A stretch of DNA of 64,000 bases from Meiothermus sp. GTDB taxonomy: Bacteria > Deinococcota > Deinococci > Deinococcales > Thermaceae. Location of the stretch: assembly GCA_033762915.1 (NCBI GenBank), contig JANRLD010000027.1, forward strand, positions 26,825 to 90,824. The letters are read 5' to 3'. Of the stretch, positions 42,326 to 52,935 are shown one piece after another. A program made the position numbers and the translations under genes. How positions within the stretch are numbered: position 1 is the first letter of the stretch; each line of letters starts with the position of its first letter. The notes below the pieces were generated by a model, which saw only the letters and a list, made by a program, of their open reading frames with translations, was not told the DNA's origin and ran no database searches.

Positions 42326-43957
42326 TCACCTTCGCTCGCAGTAGGTAACGCTTCCGTGGCCCGGCGAGGCGGGGAGCGGGGGCTCGGGGTAGCGGAACTG
42401 GTAGCAGTTGCCCTCCTTCCTGTAGGTCACGGTTTGCGCGGCGTTGTTGTAGGTGAACCTCACAGTCGTCCAGCCGTCGCTTCCGGTGTTCAGGTCGGTG
42501 ATGGCGGCCCGAATGGGGCCTCCCGCCGGGCGAAGGTGGAGGGTCTGGGGCTGGAAGGCCCCCGCCACCCTGCCGTGGTAGCAGCCCACCACGTAGGGGG
42601 CCTGCTCGGTGAGGTGGTAGTGGTAGCCCAGGCCGCCGGAGTCGTGCCCGTTGCATTCGTCGAGGTCGTCGGGAAGTTTCTCGCCCGCGTCGTGGAACTC
42701 CATCACCGGGTAGCCGTCAATCGCGTAGCCCACCACCCCGCTGGTCTTGCCGCCCAGCTTGTCCAGGAAGCAGACCGGCCCCGCGTGGTAGTGGTAGTCG
42801 TCGCCGCGCCCGGAGTGGCCGCCGCATGCGTCAAGCTCGCCGATCAGCTTGGGGTCGTTGCGGGGGTCGTAGACTTCCTGGTTGCCGCCCGGGCTGGGCT
42901 TGCTGGGGTTAAAGATGGGCACACCGTTGAGCGCTACCGCCACCGCGCCCACCCCGCTGGTGCGGGTGGGGGTGCTCGAGGGCAGCGGAACCAGCGGAAT
43001 CCTAAAGGCGTTGCGGCCCGTGTAGGGCTGGGGCAGTGGGACTTGCTGCTGCCAGGCGGTGATGCCCACCATCATCTGCTCTTGGGCCAAGCCGTCGGAC
43101 TCGACCACCAGGTAACCGCCCTCGCAATGCGCCGAGGCCGAGTTACCCGCCGCTGCAAACCTGGCAACACGCTCTTTGCACACGGCCTCGAGGTCGGCGG
43201 CCTGGGCCTTGACGGACTGGACTAGACCGCCTCGAGCCGATGCGACTTGGGTCGGAAACTGGCCCGCCGCCGGCGCCTCCACGGTCATCCGCACCAGCAC
43301 GGTGTTGTCGGCCAGCAAGTCCGAACTCCAGATGAACTGCGCTGTTGGACTCCAGCGGATCTGGTCGTAGCCGTCCTTGGGCTGAACCTGGGCCGCGCTA
43401 AACAAGCTGGCTTGGCTCCAGGTGCTGTCGTCGAAGTCGGGCTTCTTCCAGCCTGCGGGCTCGGCACGGGCGGAAAACACACACTTGCCCTGGCCCGCGA
43501 CGGGCCGGGCCTCTTTGGCGCAGTCCCTGTCGAGCGGGGCTTTGTGGGTGACGAAGACTTTTGCACTGGCGTTGGTGACCGCCACCAGCCTGCCTGTGGC
43601 GAGGTCGGTGAACTGGGCTATCAGACCGCCGTCGCCTATCTGCTGGCGGGGCGTGCCGATGTACTCGAGCCCGGTGTCGTTTTCCTTGAAATCCTTGACC
43701 ACAAAGTTCAGTTGCAGCGGATAGCTGGCTTGAAAGGTAAAGACCTCCGCGTTGAATGAGCGCTCGGTGGTGATGGGTACCGAGTCTTCTCCAATCAGGG
43801 TTTCGCCCGAGTAAAGAGCAAACCAGTTGTCGGCCCAGACCTCGGCCCTCAGGGTGACAGATTGCCGGGCGGCCTGGGCGCCGCTCGATCTGTTGGTGAC
43901 GGCCCCGAAAGCCACAATCAGCGTCAGCCCGAGGGCTGGGGCCAGGAGTCGTTTCAT
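42326..43957 (-). CDS. secreted YHYH-domain protein with additional N-terminal domain
   Basis: signal peptide MKRLLAPALG; LDACGGH...YHYH and LDECNGH...YHYH; ATGA overlap with the upstream gene. Confidence 0.82.
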   Translation of the reverse strand: MKRLLAPALGLTLIVAFGAVTNRSSGAQAARQSVTLRAEVWADNWFALYSGETLIGEDSVPITTERSFNAEVFTFQASYPLQLNFVVKDFKENDTGLEYIGTPRQQIGDGGLIAQFTDLATGRLVAVTNASAKVFVTHKAPLDRDCAKEARPVAGQGKCVFSARAEPAGWKKPDFDDSTWSQASLFSAAQVQPKDGYDQIRWSPTAQFIWSSDLLADNTVLVRMTVEAPAAGQFPTQVASARGGLVQSVKAQAADLEAVCKERVARFAAAGNSASAHCEGGYLVVESDGLAQEQMMVGITAWQQQVPLPQPYTGRNAFRIPLVPLPSSTPTRTSGVGAVAVALNGVPIFNPSKPSPGGNQEVYDPRNDPKLIGELDACGGHSGRGDDYHYHAGPVCFLDKLGGKTSGVVGYAIDGYPVMEFHDAGEKLPDDLDECNGHDSGGLGYHYHLTEQAPYVVGCYHGRVAGAFQPQTLHLRPAGGPIRAAITDLNTGSDGWTTVRFTYNNAAQTVTYRKEGNCYQFRYPEPPLPASPGHGSVTYCERR

Positions 43958-45450
43958 GGGCGGGCCTCGAGGGTGTAGGCGTAGTCCACCTGGCCGTTCT
44001 TGCGCTGGGCGTTTTCGTCCTGAGGGAGATAGGAGCGCACGTACTCTACGCTGACTTGCGCGGCAGAAACCCTGACCCGCAAGTGCCCCGGGCCGCCGCG
44101 TACTTCGCCGCTCAGGTAGCCGTACTCGCGGGCGCTGTTGGTGTTGCCGAAGCGGGCGTTGCTGGGCTGGGGTACCTCCTGATAGACGATGCCGTCCAGG
44201 TCCTGCTTGACGAAGAGGTGGTCGTGCCCGTGGAAGACCGCTCCGACCCCGTTGCGCACCAGAAGTTGGTGGATCGGCATGGCCCATCCCGGACGCTTCT
44301 GGGCGAACTCGTCGCGCCCAGCAGCGCCCTGGCCGCCCCATTCGAAGAACCTGGCGGCTTCGGCCCCGCCGCGCCCGTCGCGGCCCAGCCCGCCGACGAG
44401 TTGGTGGATGAAGACGAACTTCCACTTTGCCTTGCTGTTCTCGAGGGTCTTTTTCAGCCATTCGTACTGTGCACGGCCCAGGGTGGGGCTCCAGTTGTCG
44501 GTCTCGCCGCGCTGGGGCGGGGTGAACCAGTAGGGGTCGAGCACAACCAGCAGCGCGTCGCCCCACTCCCAGGCGTAGTAGTTTTGCAGCGGTCCGGCCT
44601 GCGGGTCGGGTGTGGCGTTGCCGGTGTAGATGCCGCCCGGTAGAGGGTTGGGGAAGTGCTGGGTGCGGAGCCTGGCCGACCAGACCGACATGTCGCTGGC
44701 CGTGTTGCCCCGGACCGCCCCCTCGCCGTCGTGGTTGCCGAGTACCAGAAATGCAGGGGAAGGCGCTACCCGACCGAAGAAGTACCGCTGGGCAAGGTAC
44801 TGTTTCTGAGCTTCATGGAAGGGCTGGTACTTGTCGGTCATGAAGGTGTCGCCGAGGTCTACCATGAAGTCGGGGTTGTCGGCCCGCTGGTTCGCCAGGG
44901 TGCGGGCGTAGACCTCGAGGCTGCTGTTGGAGTCGAGGTGCGAGTCGGCTTGGATCACGAAGGTGAAGGGGCTGCCGGGGCCGCGCTGGGTGTGAAAGCC
45001 GCGCTCCTCGAGCGGGGTGAAGGCGCTCGAGCCGGTGCGAAAATAGAGCCTGTAGAAATACTGGGTGTCGGGCTGGAGGTTGTTCAGCACGATCTCGAGC
45101 GGCTGGCCTTTGGCCAGCGGACGGACGGTCGTTTTCCCGATGTAGGCCCCGGGCTGCGTGCCGTAATCCAGGTATCCCTCACCGTCCTGGTGGGCCAGCA
45201 CGCTCACTGTTATCTCTGTCTGGGTAGGGCGGCCCAGCACCACATTGACGGGGTAGGTGGGCACGTCGAGCGCAAGGGTCTGGCCCGCTCCACTTCGGTT
45301 CTGTTGCAGCAAGGGGATGTCCAGGCCGAGGCTCGAGGGGCTCGAAGCCTGACCCGACGAAGTTCCCGGGTTGCCCCCCATGAAAAACAGGCCAAGGCCA
45401 ATAAGAAACGCCGATAGAGCCGAAGTCGTGACCCAACCATAGGTGTTCAT
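43954..45450 (-). CDS. exported metallophosphoesterase (paralog of 40902-42266)
   Basis: N-terminal hydrophobic segment; ADSH, DLGD, GNHD, FIHQ, GHDH. Confidence 0.85.
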   Translation of the reverse strand: MNTYGWVTTSALSAFLIGLGLFFMGGNPGTSSGQASSPSSLGLDIPLLQQNRSGAGQTLALDVPTYPVNVVLGRPTQTEITVSVLAHQDGEGYLDYGTQPGAYIGKTTVRPLAKGQPLEIVLNNLQPDTQYFYRLYFRTGSSAFTPLEERGFHTQRGPGSPFTFVIQADSHLDSNSSLEVYARTLANQRADNPDFMVDLGDTFMTDKYQPFHEAQKQYLAQRYFFGRVAPSPAFLVLGNHDGEGAVRGNTASDMSVWSARLRTQHFPNPLPGGIYTGNATPDPQAGPLQNYYAWEWGDALLVVLDPYWFTPPQRGETDNWSPTLGRAQYEWLKKTLENSKAKWKFVFIHQLVGGLGRDGRGGAEAARFFEWGGQGAAGRDEFAQKRPGWAMPIHQLLVRNGVGAVFHGHDHLFVKQDLDGIVYQEVPQPSNARFGNTNSAREYGYLSGEVRGGPGHLRVRVSAAQVSVEYVRSYLPQDENAQRKNGQVDYAYTLEARP

Positions 45451-45524
45451 AAAATGGCCAGTACCCCCTCACGGGTGTATATGTCATCAAACGCCTGGCA
45501 GCTGAAGCCGAACATAAAGGCCCG

Positions 45525-46007
45525 CTAGGTGCCCCCCGCCAGGCGCCCACCTCTGCCGGTCGCCGATGCGCGGGGTCTACCCAGTCGCTCGCTCAGGCCG
45601 ACGATAACCTCATCGAGGCTGGCGGTCTGACCAGCGGGGTCGCTCGAGGCGGCGTTCCACGCGCTGAATCCACCGCTGCTCGAGCCTGACCCGCCCCCGC
45701 CGCCGGTGAACGGGGGCTGGCCGGGGTCGGTCAGCTCGGCCACCAGGAGGCGCTGGACGTCGGTCAGGATCTCGGTGATTCGGGCGGCGTAGAGGGCGGC
45801 GTCGCCGGGGCTGAGACTGCTCATGGTCCGGACCTCGCGCAATTGGGGCAGCAGGTCTTCGATCTGTTGTCGGCTGAGCAGGTTGGCGCGGTTTAGCTTG
45901 TGCAGGGCCTCGATCTGGGGTTGAAGCGGCCCCACAAAACCCTGAGCCATCGCCCCACCCAAAGCCATAACCCCCGCCGCCAATACGGAGCCGACCCACT
46001 GCTTCAT
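45525..46007 (-). CDS. small secreted helical hypothetical protein
   Basis: GGGAGG SD, signal peptide ending AMA-Q, Gly/Ser-rich linker. Confidence 0.65.
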   Translation of the reverse strand: MKQWVGSVLAAGVMALGGAMAQGFVGPLQPQIEALHKLNRANLLSRQQIEDLLPQLREVRTMSSLSPGDAALYAARITEILTDVQRLLVAELTDPGQPPFTGGGGGSGSSSGGFSAWNAASSDPAGQTASLDEVIVGLSERLGRPRASATGRGGRLAGGT

Positions 46008-46241
46008 ACTGCCTCCCTCGGCCAGGTTCCAGCCACCCGCCCGATTCTGTGCAGTTTGGCGCGGGGGTGTGTGCTGGCTGTGGAGCTTGCGTGTACTTTT
46101 GATGAAGTTTGGTCCCCGCCTTCAGACCCTGTTCCGCCGCTGGTGGGCTCGGCGGGGGAAAGGCTTTGGGCCAGCGCCCAGATGCCGCCCCCGGTCTTCG
46201 GGGCTGTTGTTTGTACGGTGCGTGGGTAGAATGGCGGGGCT

Positions 46242-47471
46242 ATGGATATGCTTTCGATCATTCAGGAACTCTCCACCCCCACCGCCTCAAAGATTCTGCT
46301 GGTGGTGCTGGACGGCGTGGGCGGCCTGCCCCGGCGCTTCGGCGAGGACACCGAACTGGCGCACGCCCACACGCCCCACCTCGACGAACTGGCCCGCCAC
46401 AGCGCCCTGGGCCTCCTCACCCCCGTCTATCCTGGTCTGGCCCCCGGCTCCGGCCCCGGCCACCTCTCGCTGTTCGGCTACGACCCCTTCAAGTATCTGG
46501 TGGGCCGGGGGGCCCTCTCGGCCATCGGGATCGGGGCCGACTTCAAGGATGGCGATGTGGGAGTGCGCGGCAACTTCGCCACCCTGGACGGCAGCGGTCT
46601 GGTGAAGGACCGCCGGGCCGGGCGACCCTCCGACGCCGAGAACGTGCGGGTGGTGGCCCGGCTGAGTGCAGCCATTACCGAACTCGAGGGGGTCTCGATC
46701 CGTTTCTACACCGAGAGCGAGCACCGCTTCGTGGTAGTCCTGCGCGGGGCCGATCTGGGCGAACACGTCACCGACACCGATCCCCAGAAGACCGGAGTAG
46801 CCCCCCTGCGCTCGGAGGCCAAAGAGGCCTCCGACGCCCGCAGCCTGCTCACCGCCAGGGTGCTCAACACCCTCTCCGACCGCATCCGCGAGACCCTGAG
46901 CGACGAGCCCACCATCAACGGGGCCCTCTTCCGGGGCATCTCTGAACGCCCCAAGTTCCCCACCATGGAGCAGGTCTACAAGGTCAAGCCGGCCTGCGTG
47001 GCCTCCTACCCCATGTACAAGGGCGTTGCGAGCTTGGTGGGCATGGACGTGCTCCACGTCGAGGGCCAGGAGGACGCCCCGGAGGGCAAGGTCAAGGCCT
47101 TGCAAGAGCACTGGGCCGGATACGACTTCTTCTTCCTCCACTTCAAGAAGACCGACTCCACCGGCGAGGACGGCAACTTCGAGGAGAAGGCCCATAAGGT
47201 TGAAATTTTCGACCACCTGCTCCCCCAACTCCTGGCCCTCAAGCCCGACGTGCTGGCCATTACGGGCGACCACTCCACCCCCAGCATCATGAAGGCCCAC
47301 AGTTGGCACCCCGTACCCCTTCTCGTTCACGCCCCACTGCTGCGTAACTGCCCCGCCCAGCGTTTCACCGAGGACGAGGCCGCCAGGGGCTCGCTGGGCC
47401 ACCTGCGCGGGGTCGAGCTGATGCCCCTGCTGCTGGCCCACGCCGGAAAGATGCAGAAGTACGGCGCCTGA
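46242..47471 (+). CDS. apgM: 2,3-bisphosphoglycerate-independent phosphoglycerate mutase (ApgM type)
   Basis: [44 protein letters not shown]. Confidence 0.92.
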   Translation: MDMLSIIQELSTPTASKILLVVLDGVGGLPRRFGEDTELAHAHTPHLDELARHSALGLLTPVYPGLAPGSGPGHLSLFGYDPFKYLVGRGALSAIGIGADFKDGDVGVRGNFATLDGSGLVKDRRAGRPSDAENVRVVARLSAAITELEGVSIRFYTESEHRFVVVLRGADLGEHVTDTDPQKTGVAPLRSEAKEASDARSLLTARVLNTLSDRIRETLSDEPTINGALFRGISERPKFPTMEQVYKVKPACVASYPMYKGVASLVGMDVLHVEGQEDAPEGKVKALQEHWAGYDFFFLHFKKTDSTGEDGNFEEKAHKVEIFDHLLPQLLALKPDVLAITGDHSTPSIMKAHSWHPVPLLVHAPLLRNCPAQRFTEDEAARGSLGHLRGVELMPLLLAHAGKMQKYGA

Positions 47472-47591
47472 GCCTCGTACGTCGGACGTCTTGCCTCCTA
47501 CGCCGGGAGACAAACCTTATCGCCCCCTTGAGACGGCCTTCGGGGTGCGCGGTTGGACCTGAGACGTACGACAGCCGCTGAAAGTTGCCCT

Positions 47592-48674
47592 ATGATGAAC
47601 CCCCTCTTCGCAAAAGTCGGCATTTTTGGCATCGGGCTGCTGGGGGGGAGCGTGGCGCTGGGGCTGCGGGAGCGGTTCCTGGCCGAGGAGATCCACGCCT
47701 ACGACCCCGACCCCCAGGCCCTTGAGGATGCCCTGGCCTTGCAGGTCGTGGACAGGGTGCACACCGGCCTGGGCGAGTGGATTGGTCAGCTCGACCTGGG
47801 AATACTGGCCGCCCCAATGGGGGTGCTGGCCTCGGAAGGGCGTAAGATCGCCCGGTTCGCCCGCCCGGACTCGATCTGGACGGACGTGGGCAGCGTGAAG
47901 AACCCGGTGGTGACGGCGCTATCGGGCCAATTGCCCAACTTCGTGGGCTCGCACCCGATGGCGGGAAGTGAGAAGGCAGGCGTGGAGGCAGCGCACGCCG
48001 GGCTGCTCGAGAACGCGGTGTGGGTCATCACCCCGACCCCCGAAACGCCCAAGGAGGCCTTGGAGGCCGTCAGAAACCTGGTGCAAAACCTCGGGGCCTA
48101 CCCCCTCGAGGTCTCGCCCGAGCTCCACGACCGCCTGGTGGCCCGCATCTCCCACCTGCCCTACCTGATCTCGGTGGCCCTGAACCGGCTGGTCTCCCGG
48201 GACCCCCAGCACGACCTGCTGATGTTCCTCGCGGCGGGCGGCTTCCGCGACCTGACTCGAGTGGCCTCCGGCAGCCCGCGCATGAGCCGCGACATGGTGG
48301 TGACCAACCGCGAGGCCCTGCGCGGCGCGGTGGAGGACCTGAGGGAAGTCTTGGCCGACCTCGAGGGGCTCCTGGACGCCCCCGAGGACTTGCTTGAGGT
48401 GGCCCAGGAAGCCAAGCGCACCCGCGACTCCCTCCCCATCGTCAAGCGTAGCCTGCTCCCGGTGATGAACGAGCTGGTGGTTCAGGTGCCCGACAAGCCG
48501 GGTCAGATTTCCACGGTTTCGACGGCGCTCGGTAGTGCGGGCGTGAACATCAAGAATTTCGAAGTGTTGGCTATCCGCGACGAAGGCGGGGCCATCCGCA
48601 TGGGCTTTGTCGGCGCTGAGGAGCGCGAGCGGGCGCGGGGAATCCTCGAGGGGATTGGGTACAAGGTGCGGTAG
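47592..48674 (+). CDS. tyrA: prephenate dehydrogenase with C-terminal ACT domain
   Basis: GIGLLGGS, DVGSVK, HPMAGSE, SHLP, GFRDLTRVA, VPDKPG. Confidence 0.92.
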   Translation: MMNPLFAKVGIFGIGLLGGSVALGLRERFLAEEIHAYDPDPQALEDALALQVVDRVHTGLGEWIGQLDLGILAAPMGVLASEGRKIARFARPDSIWTDVGSVKNPVVTALSGQLPNFVGSHPMAGSEKAGVEAAHAGLLENAVWVITPTPETPKEALEAVRNLVQNLGAYPLEVSPELHDRLVARISHLPYLISVALNRLVSRDPQHDLLMFLAAGGFRDLTRVASGSPRMSRDMVVTNREALRGAVEDLREVLADLEGLLDAPEDLLEVAQEAKRTRDSLPIVKRSLLPVMNELVVQVPDKPGQISTVSTALGSAGVNIKNFEVLAIRDEGGAIRMGFVGAEERERARGILEGIGYKVR

Positions 48675-48744
48675 GGGCCGGTGCACAAAGGCATTGCCCC
48701 AGAGCTGTGAGGGACGGCCTTCGGATTGAGGCTCTGGCCCGTCC

Positions 48745-49611
48745 TCACCCGATAAAAATCGAGAGCAGGTAGTAACTCAGCGGCACCGTGAACAGGTGCG
48801 AGTCCAGCCGATCCAGCAGCCCGCCATGGCCGGGCAGGAAGCTGCCGGAGTCCTTGACGTTGCAAAAGCGCTTGAGCATCGACTCGGTGAGGTCGCCGAG
48901 CTGGGCGGCGAAGCTCAGGATCAGGTTAATCACAAACAGCTCGAGGGGCAGCAGCAGACCGAATGCGCTCTCGGGGTAGAAGCCCCGCACCGTGCTGGTG
49001 AAGGCCCAGAGCACCAAAAAGCTCACCACGATGCCCCCCACTGCGCCCTCCACGGTCTTGGCGGGGCTGATGGTGGGGGCTAGCTTACGCCGCCCGAAGA
49101 AGCGGCCCACGAAATAGGCCCCCACATCGTTGGCGAACGAGCACAGCAGCGGCAGGGTGAGGATCCACAGCCCCACGTTGCCGGCCTCGCTGTGGCGCAG
49201 GAGCAGGAAGAAGCCCAGCGTCCAGGGCAGGTAGAGGAAGGCCATCAGGCTGTAGGCGAAGCGGGGAATGTTGGCTCCGTAGATCAGCTCCGAGCTAAAG
49301 GCCCCGATCAGCACCAGCCCCAGCGCGATCTCGCGCCAGGGCACGCCAGGGTAGATGTCGTGGAGCTGCGGCAGCGAGAACAGCAGCATGACGAAGCCGC
49401 CGCCGATCAGGAAGCCCATGTTCAGCTCGAGGCCCCGGTTGCGCAGCATGTCCCGCAGCTCGATAGAGCCCAGGATCAAGAACGCCACCAGCACTGCGAA
49501 CAGCAGAATCCGCCCCTCGTACAGCACCCCGAACAAGAGCACCACCCCCACCAGCGCCGAGAAAATACGGGCCGGGAGGGAGGGGTCGGGCTTGGCGGCG
49601 GGCTTATCCAT
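48745..49611 (-). CDS. cdsA: phosphatidate cytidylyltransferase
   Basis: ISPAKTVEG, GDLTESMLKR, KDSG..LPGHGGLLDRLDS. Confidence 0.93.
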   Translation of the reverse strand: MDKPAAKPDPSLPARIFSALVGVVLLFGVLYEGRILLFAVLVAFLILGSIELRDMLRNRGLELNMGFLIGGGFVMLLFSLPQLHDIYPGVPWREIALGLVLIGAFSSELIYGANIPRFAYSLMAFLYLPWTLGFFLLLRHSEAGNVGLWILTLPLLCSFANDVGAYFVGRFFGRRKLAPTISPAKTVEGAVGGIVVSFLVLWAFTSTVRGFYPESAFGLLLPLELFVINLILSFAAQLGDLTESMLKRFCNVKDSGSFLPGHGGLLDRLDSHLFTVPLSYYLLSIFIG

Positions 49612-49656
49612 AGACTCGGCAAAAGGCAGTCAGGTTCAGTGCAGGGCGGCTTAGGG

Positions 49657-49748
49657 CGGACTTTAATCCGTGCTTTGCAAAACCCTCGAGGCTAAATCGG
49701 TCCCCGCCTCTCGGGGGTGCGGTGTCGTGGCAATCCATCAACGAACCG
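49657..49748 (+). repeat. repeat family C copy 4
   Basis: CGGACTTTAATCCGTGCTTTGCAAAA...GGGGTGCGGTGTCGTGGCAATCCAT..ACGAACCG. Confidence 0.65.
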
Positions 49749-49880
49749 GAGTGAGGCCGCAATAGACCAATTTCCGGCGAATCAGAGCGAACAACCCAAC
49801 CTCCAGACCATCGGCAAAAGCACTGGATTGGGCGGTGCGGGGTTCGGGTTGGGCTGGCCCTCGCCGCCCCTCACCGCCCC

Positions 49881-50438
49881 CTAGCCTCCGAGAATCTCCT
49901 GCTCCTTCTTGTGCATGGCCTCATCCACTTTGTGGGTGAAATCGTCGGTGATCTTCTGAATCTCCGCTTCGGCCTTCTTGAGGTCGTCCTCGGAGATGGC
50001 CTTGTCCTTCTCCATCTTCTTGGCCTTGTCTATGGCCTCGCGGCGGGCGTTGCGGACGGCCACCTTGGCCTCTTCGGAGTAGCTCTTGACGGTCTTCACC
50101 AAGTCCTTTCGGCGTTCCTCGGTGAGGGGGGGGATGGTGATGTAGAGTGCGTCGCCCCGGTTGGCCGGGTTGAGCCCCAGGTCGGAGTCGCGAATGGCCT
50201 TCTCGATGTCCTTGAGGGCGTTAGCGTCCCAAGCCTGGACCACCAACGTGCGGGCGTCCGGCGAGGAGACGTTGCCGACCTGGTTGAGCGGCATGTGCGA
50301 GCCGTAGTACTCAACCTTGAGGTTGTTGAGGATGGCCGGGTTGGCGCGGCCTGTTCGTAGCCCCGCGATGTGGTGGTCGAAGGACTCGAGGGCCTTCTGC
50401 ATGTGGGCCTTGGTCTCGGCGTAGATGTCTTTGAGCAT
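49881..50438 (-). CDS. frr: ribosome recycling factor
   Basis: LRTGRANP, PPLTEERRK, VRNARR. Confidence 0.96.
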   Translation of the reverse strand: MLKDIYAETKAHMQKALESFDHHIAGLRTGRANPAILNNLKVEYYGSHMPLNQVGNVSSPDARTLVVQAWDANALKDIEKAIRDSDLGLNPANRGDALYITIPPLTEERRKDLVKTVKSYSEEAKVAVRNARREAIDKAKKMEKDKAISEDDLKKAEAEIQKITDDFTHKVDEAMHKKEQEILGG

Positions 50439-50514
50439 AGTGGACTCCTTAATCGGGGCTATTTTATCCCCCCGAGACGGGGGCGACTAGGTTCGGGGCG
50501 ATAAGAGCCCTTTC

Positions 50515-51321
50515 TTAATCCTCAAGAAACGCTTCTACCGCAGCCTGGAGCGAGATTTCCCCGGCCTGCATTCGGTCGGAATAGAGCTTGAAGAAGGGCG
50601 ACAATGCGCCTCTGGCGGTCTGGAGTTCCCGCCGAAAGATCCGCCCCACGGGGCCCACGTTGGCGATGTAGGCCTCGTCCATCGTGCGCAAGGCGGCGGC
50701 GTGGTCGTAGCGGACGCATCGCTTTTCGTATACCCAACTTCCGGTGTTGTCTCGAGTCAGCACCGTATAAGGCGCGTCCACTTCGTCGTTCAGGGGCAGC
50801 CCGCAGGCGTTGAGGGAGAGGATTCGGCGGCCGCCCCAGTCGCGCTCGAGCCAGTGGTGGTTGTGCCCGCGTACGATCAGTGCTGCGTTGGTGGCGGGGA
50901 AGTAGGTCTCAAGCTCCTCGTCGGTGGTGCTGTCGATCACATTATCGAACAGGTTGCGCTCGCTGGCGTGGGCGATGAATAGGCCGGGCAGGGTGTAGTG
51001 CCAGGGTAGCGCCATCATCTCGGCTTTCTCGGCAGGGCTGAACTGCGCGGCGGTCCAGCGGGCCGGCCGGAAACGCTCACTGCCCATCCACTCGGGCGCT
51101 TCGGGGGTGTCGGCGGTGTAGAGGTAGTACTCGTGGTTGCCCTGAAGCAACCGGCCGTCCAGACCCTTCAAGATTTCCCGGGATTTCCTGGGGTTCGGGA
51201 ACAGGTTGACCAGGTCTCCCGCTACAACGATCTCGTCAACGGACTGCCCCGCGATGTCCTCGAGGACCGCCTCGAGGGCAAAGCTGTTGCCGTGGATGTC
51301 AGACAAGACTGCGATACGCAT
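50515..51321 (-). CDS. calcineurin-like metallophosphoesterase
   Basis: SDIHGN, AGDLV, GNHE, AHAS, GHNH. Confidence 0.88.
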   Translation of the reverse strand: MRIAVLSDIHGNSFALEAVLEDIAGQSVDEIVVAGDLVNLFPNPRKSREILKGLDGRLLQGNHEYYLYTADTPEAPEWMGSERFRPARWTAAQFSPAEKAEMMALPWHYTLPGLFIAHASERNLFDNVIDSTTDEELETYFPATNAALIVRGHNHHWLERDWGGRRILSLNACGLPLNDEVDAPYTVLTRDNTGSWVYEKRCVRYDHAAALRTMDEAYIANVGPVGRIFRRELQTARGALSPFFKLYSDRMQAGEISLQAAVEAFLED

Positions 51322-51402
51322 AGGATGAAGCCAGCGGCAGGCCTTGTGCCTTTGTCTGTTAGTTTAGTCAATAGCCCTCAGCCCTCTGCTCTCAGCACTC
51401 AA

Positions 51403-52110
<708 letters not shown>

Positions 52111-52246
52111 CTACCTCGGATGGGTGGGCTGGAAAGCGGATGGCAAGCGGGGAGGAAACAGGGGAGAGCGAAGAGAGCTTTGCGTTCCGCTTTCCCAATA
52201 AAAAAGTCGAGAGCCTCTCGACTCTCGACTTCTGACGCTCGACACC

Positions 52247-52837
52247 TTACGCCCCCACCTCGAAGCGGACAAAGCGCTTGACCTGGATGTTCTCGCCGAT
52301 CTTGGCGATGGCGGCCTTCACCATGTCGCCGACCTTGACCTTGTCGTCCTTGACGAAAGGCTGCTCCAGGAGCACCATTTCCTCGTAGAACTTCTTGATG
52401 CGGCCCTCGGCGGCCTTCTCGGCGATGTTCTGGGGCTTGCCTTCGTTGAGCAACTGCTGCACGTAGATGGCCTTCTCCTTGGCGATGTCGTCGGCCGAGA
52501 CCTCCTCCACGCTGACGTAGCGGGGGTTGGCCATGGCGATGTGCATGGCAAGGTCCTTGGCCAGAACCTGGAAGCCCTCATTGCGGGCCACGAAGTCGGT
52601 CTCGGAGTTCAGCTCGAGCATCACGCCCACCCGTTGGTTGTGGTGGACGTAGTAGCCGATGATGCCCTCCCGCGCCTCGCGGTCGGCCTTCTTGGCGGCC
52701 TTAAGCGCCCCGCGCTCGCGCAGCAGGGTGGTGGCCTTCTCCATATCCCAGCCGCCGTCCTCGAGGGCTTTCTTTACGTCGGTCATGCCGGCGCCGGTCT
52801 GCTCACGTAGTTTCTTGATCTGCTCGAGTTGGGTCAT
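52247..52837 (-). CDS. tsf: elongation factor Ts (short form)
   Basis: [22 protein letters not shown]. Confidence 0.96.
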   Translation of the reverse strand: MTQLEQIKKLREQTGAGMTDVKKALEDGGWDMEKATTLLRERGALKAAKKADREAREGIIGYYVHHNQRVGVMLELNSETDFVARNEGFQVLAKDLAMHIAMANPRYVSVEEVSADDIAKEKAIYVQQLLNEGKPQNIAEKAAEGRIKKFYEEMVLLEQPFVKDDKVKVGDMVKAAIAKIGENIQVKRFVRFEVGA

Positions 52838-52935
52838 AGTGTCCCTTTTGAGGTTACTGAGTTCGGGTCAGGGTTGGTTGATCGAGGGAAAAACAGGGAA
52901 CCGCGTCTGTTCGCCGTACCTGTTCCCTCCCCGCT

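Noticed and set aside
42326..44566. 746-aa and 584-aa ORF-track versions of the YHYH and phosphoesterase genes
   Set aside because: The extensions overlap neighbouring genes in other frames; signal peptides begin at 43957 and 42266
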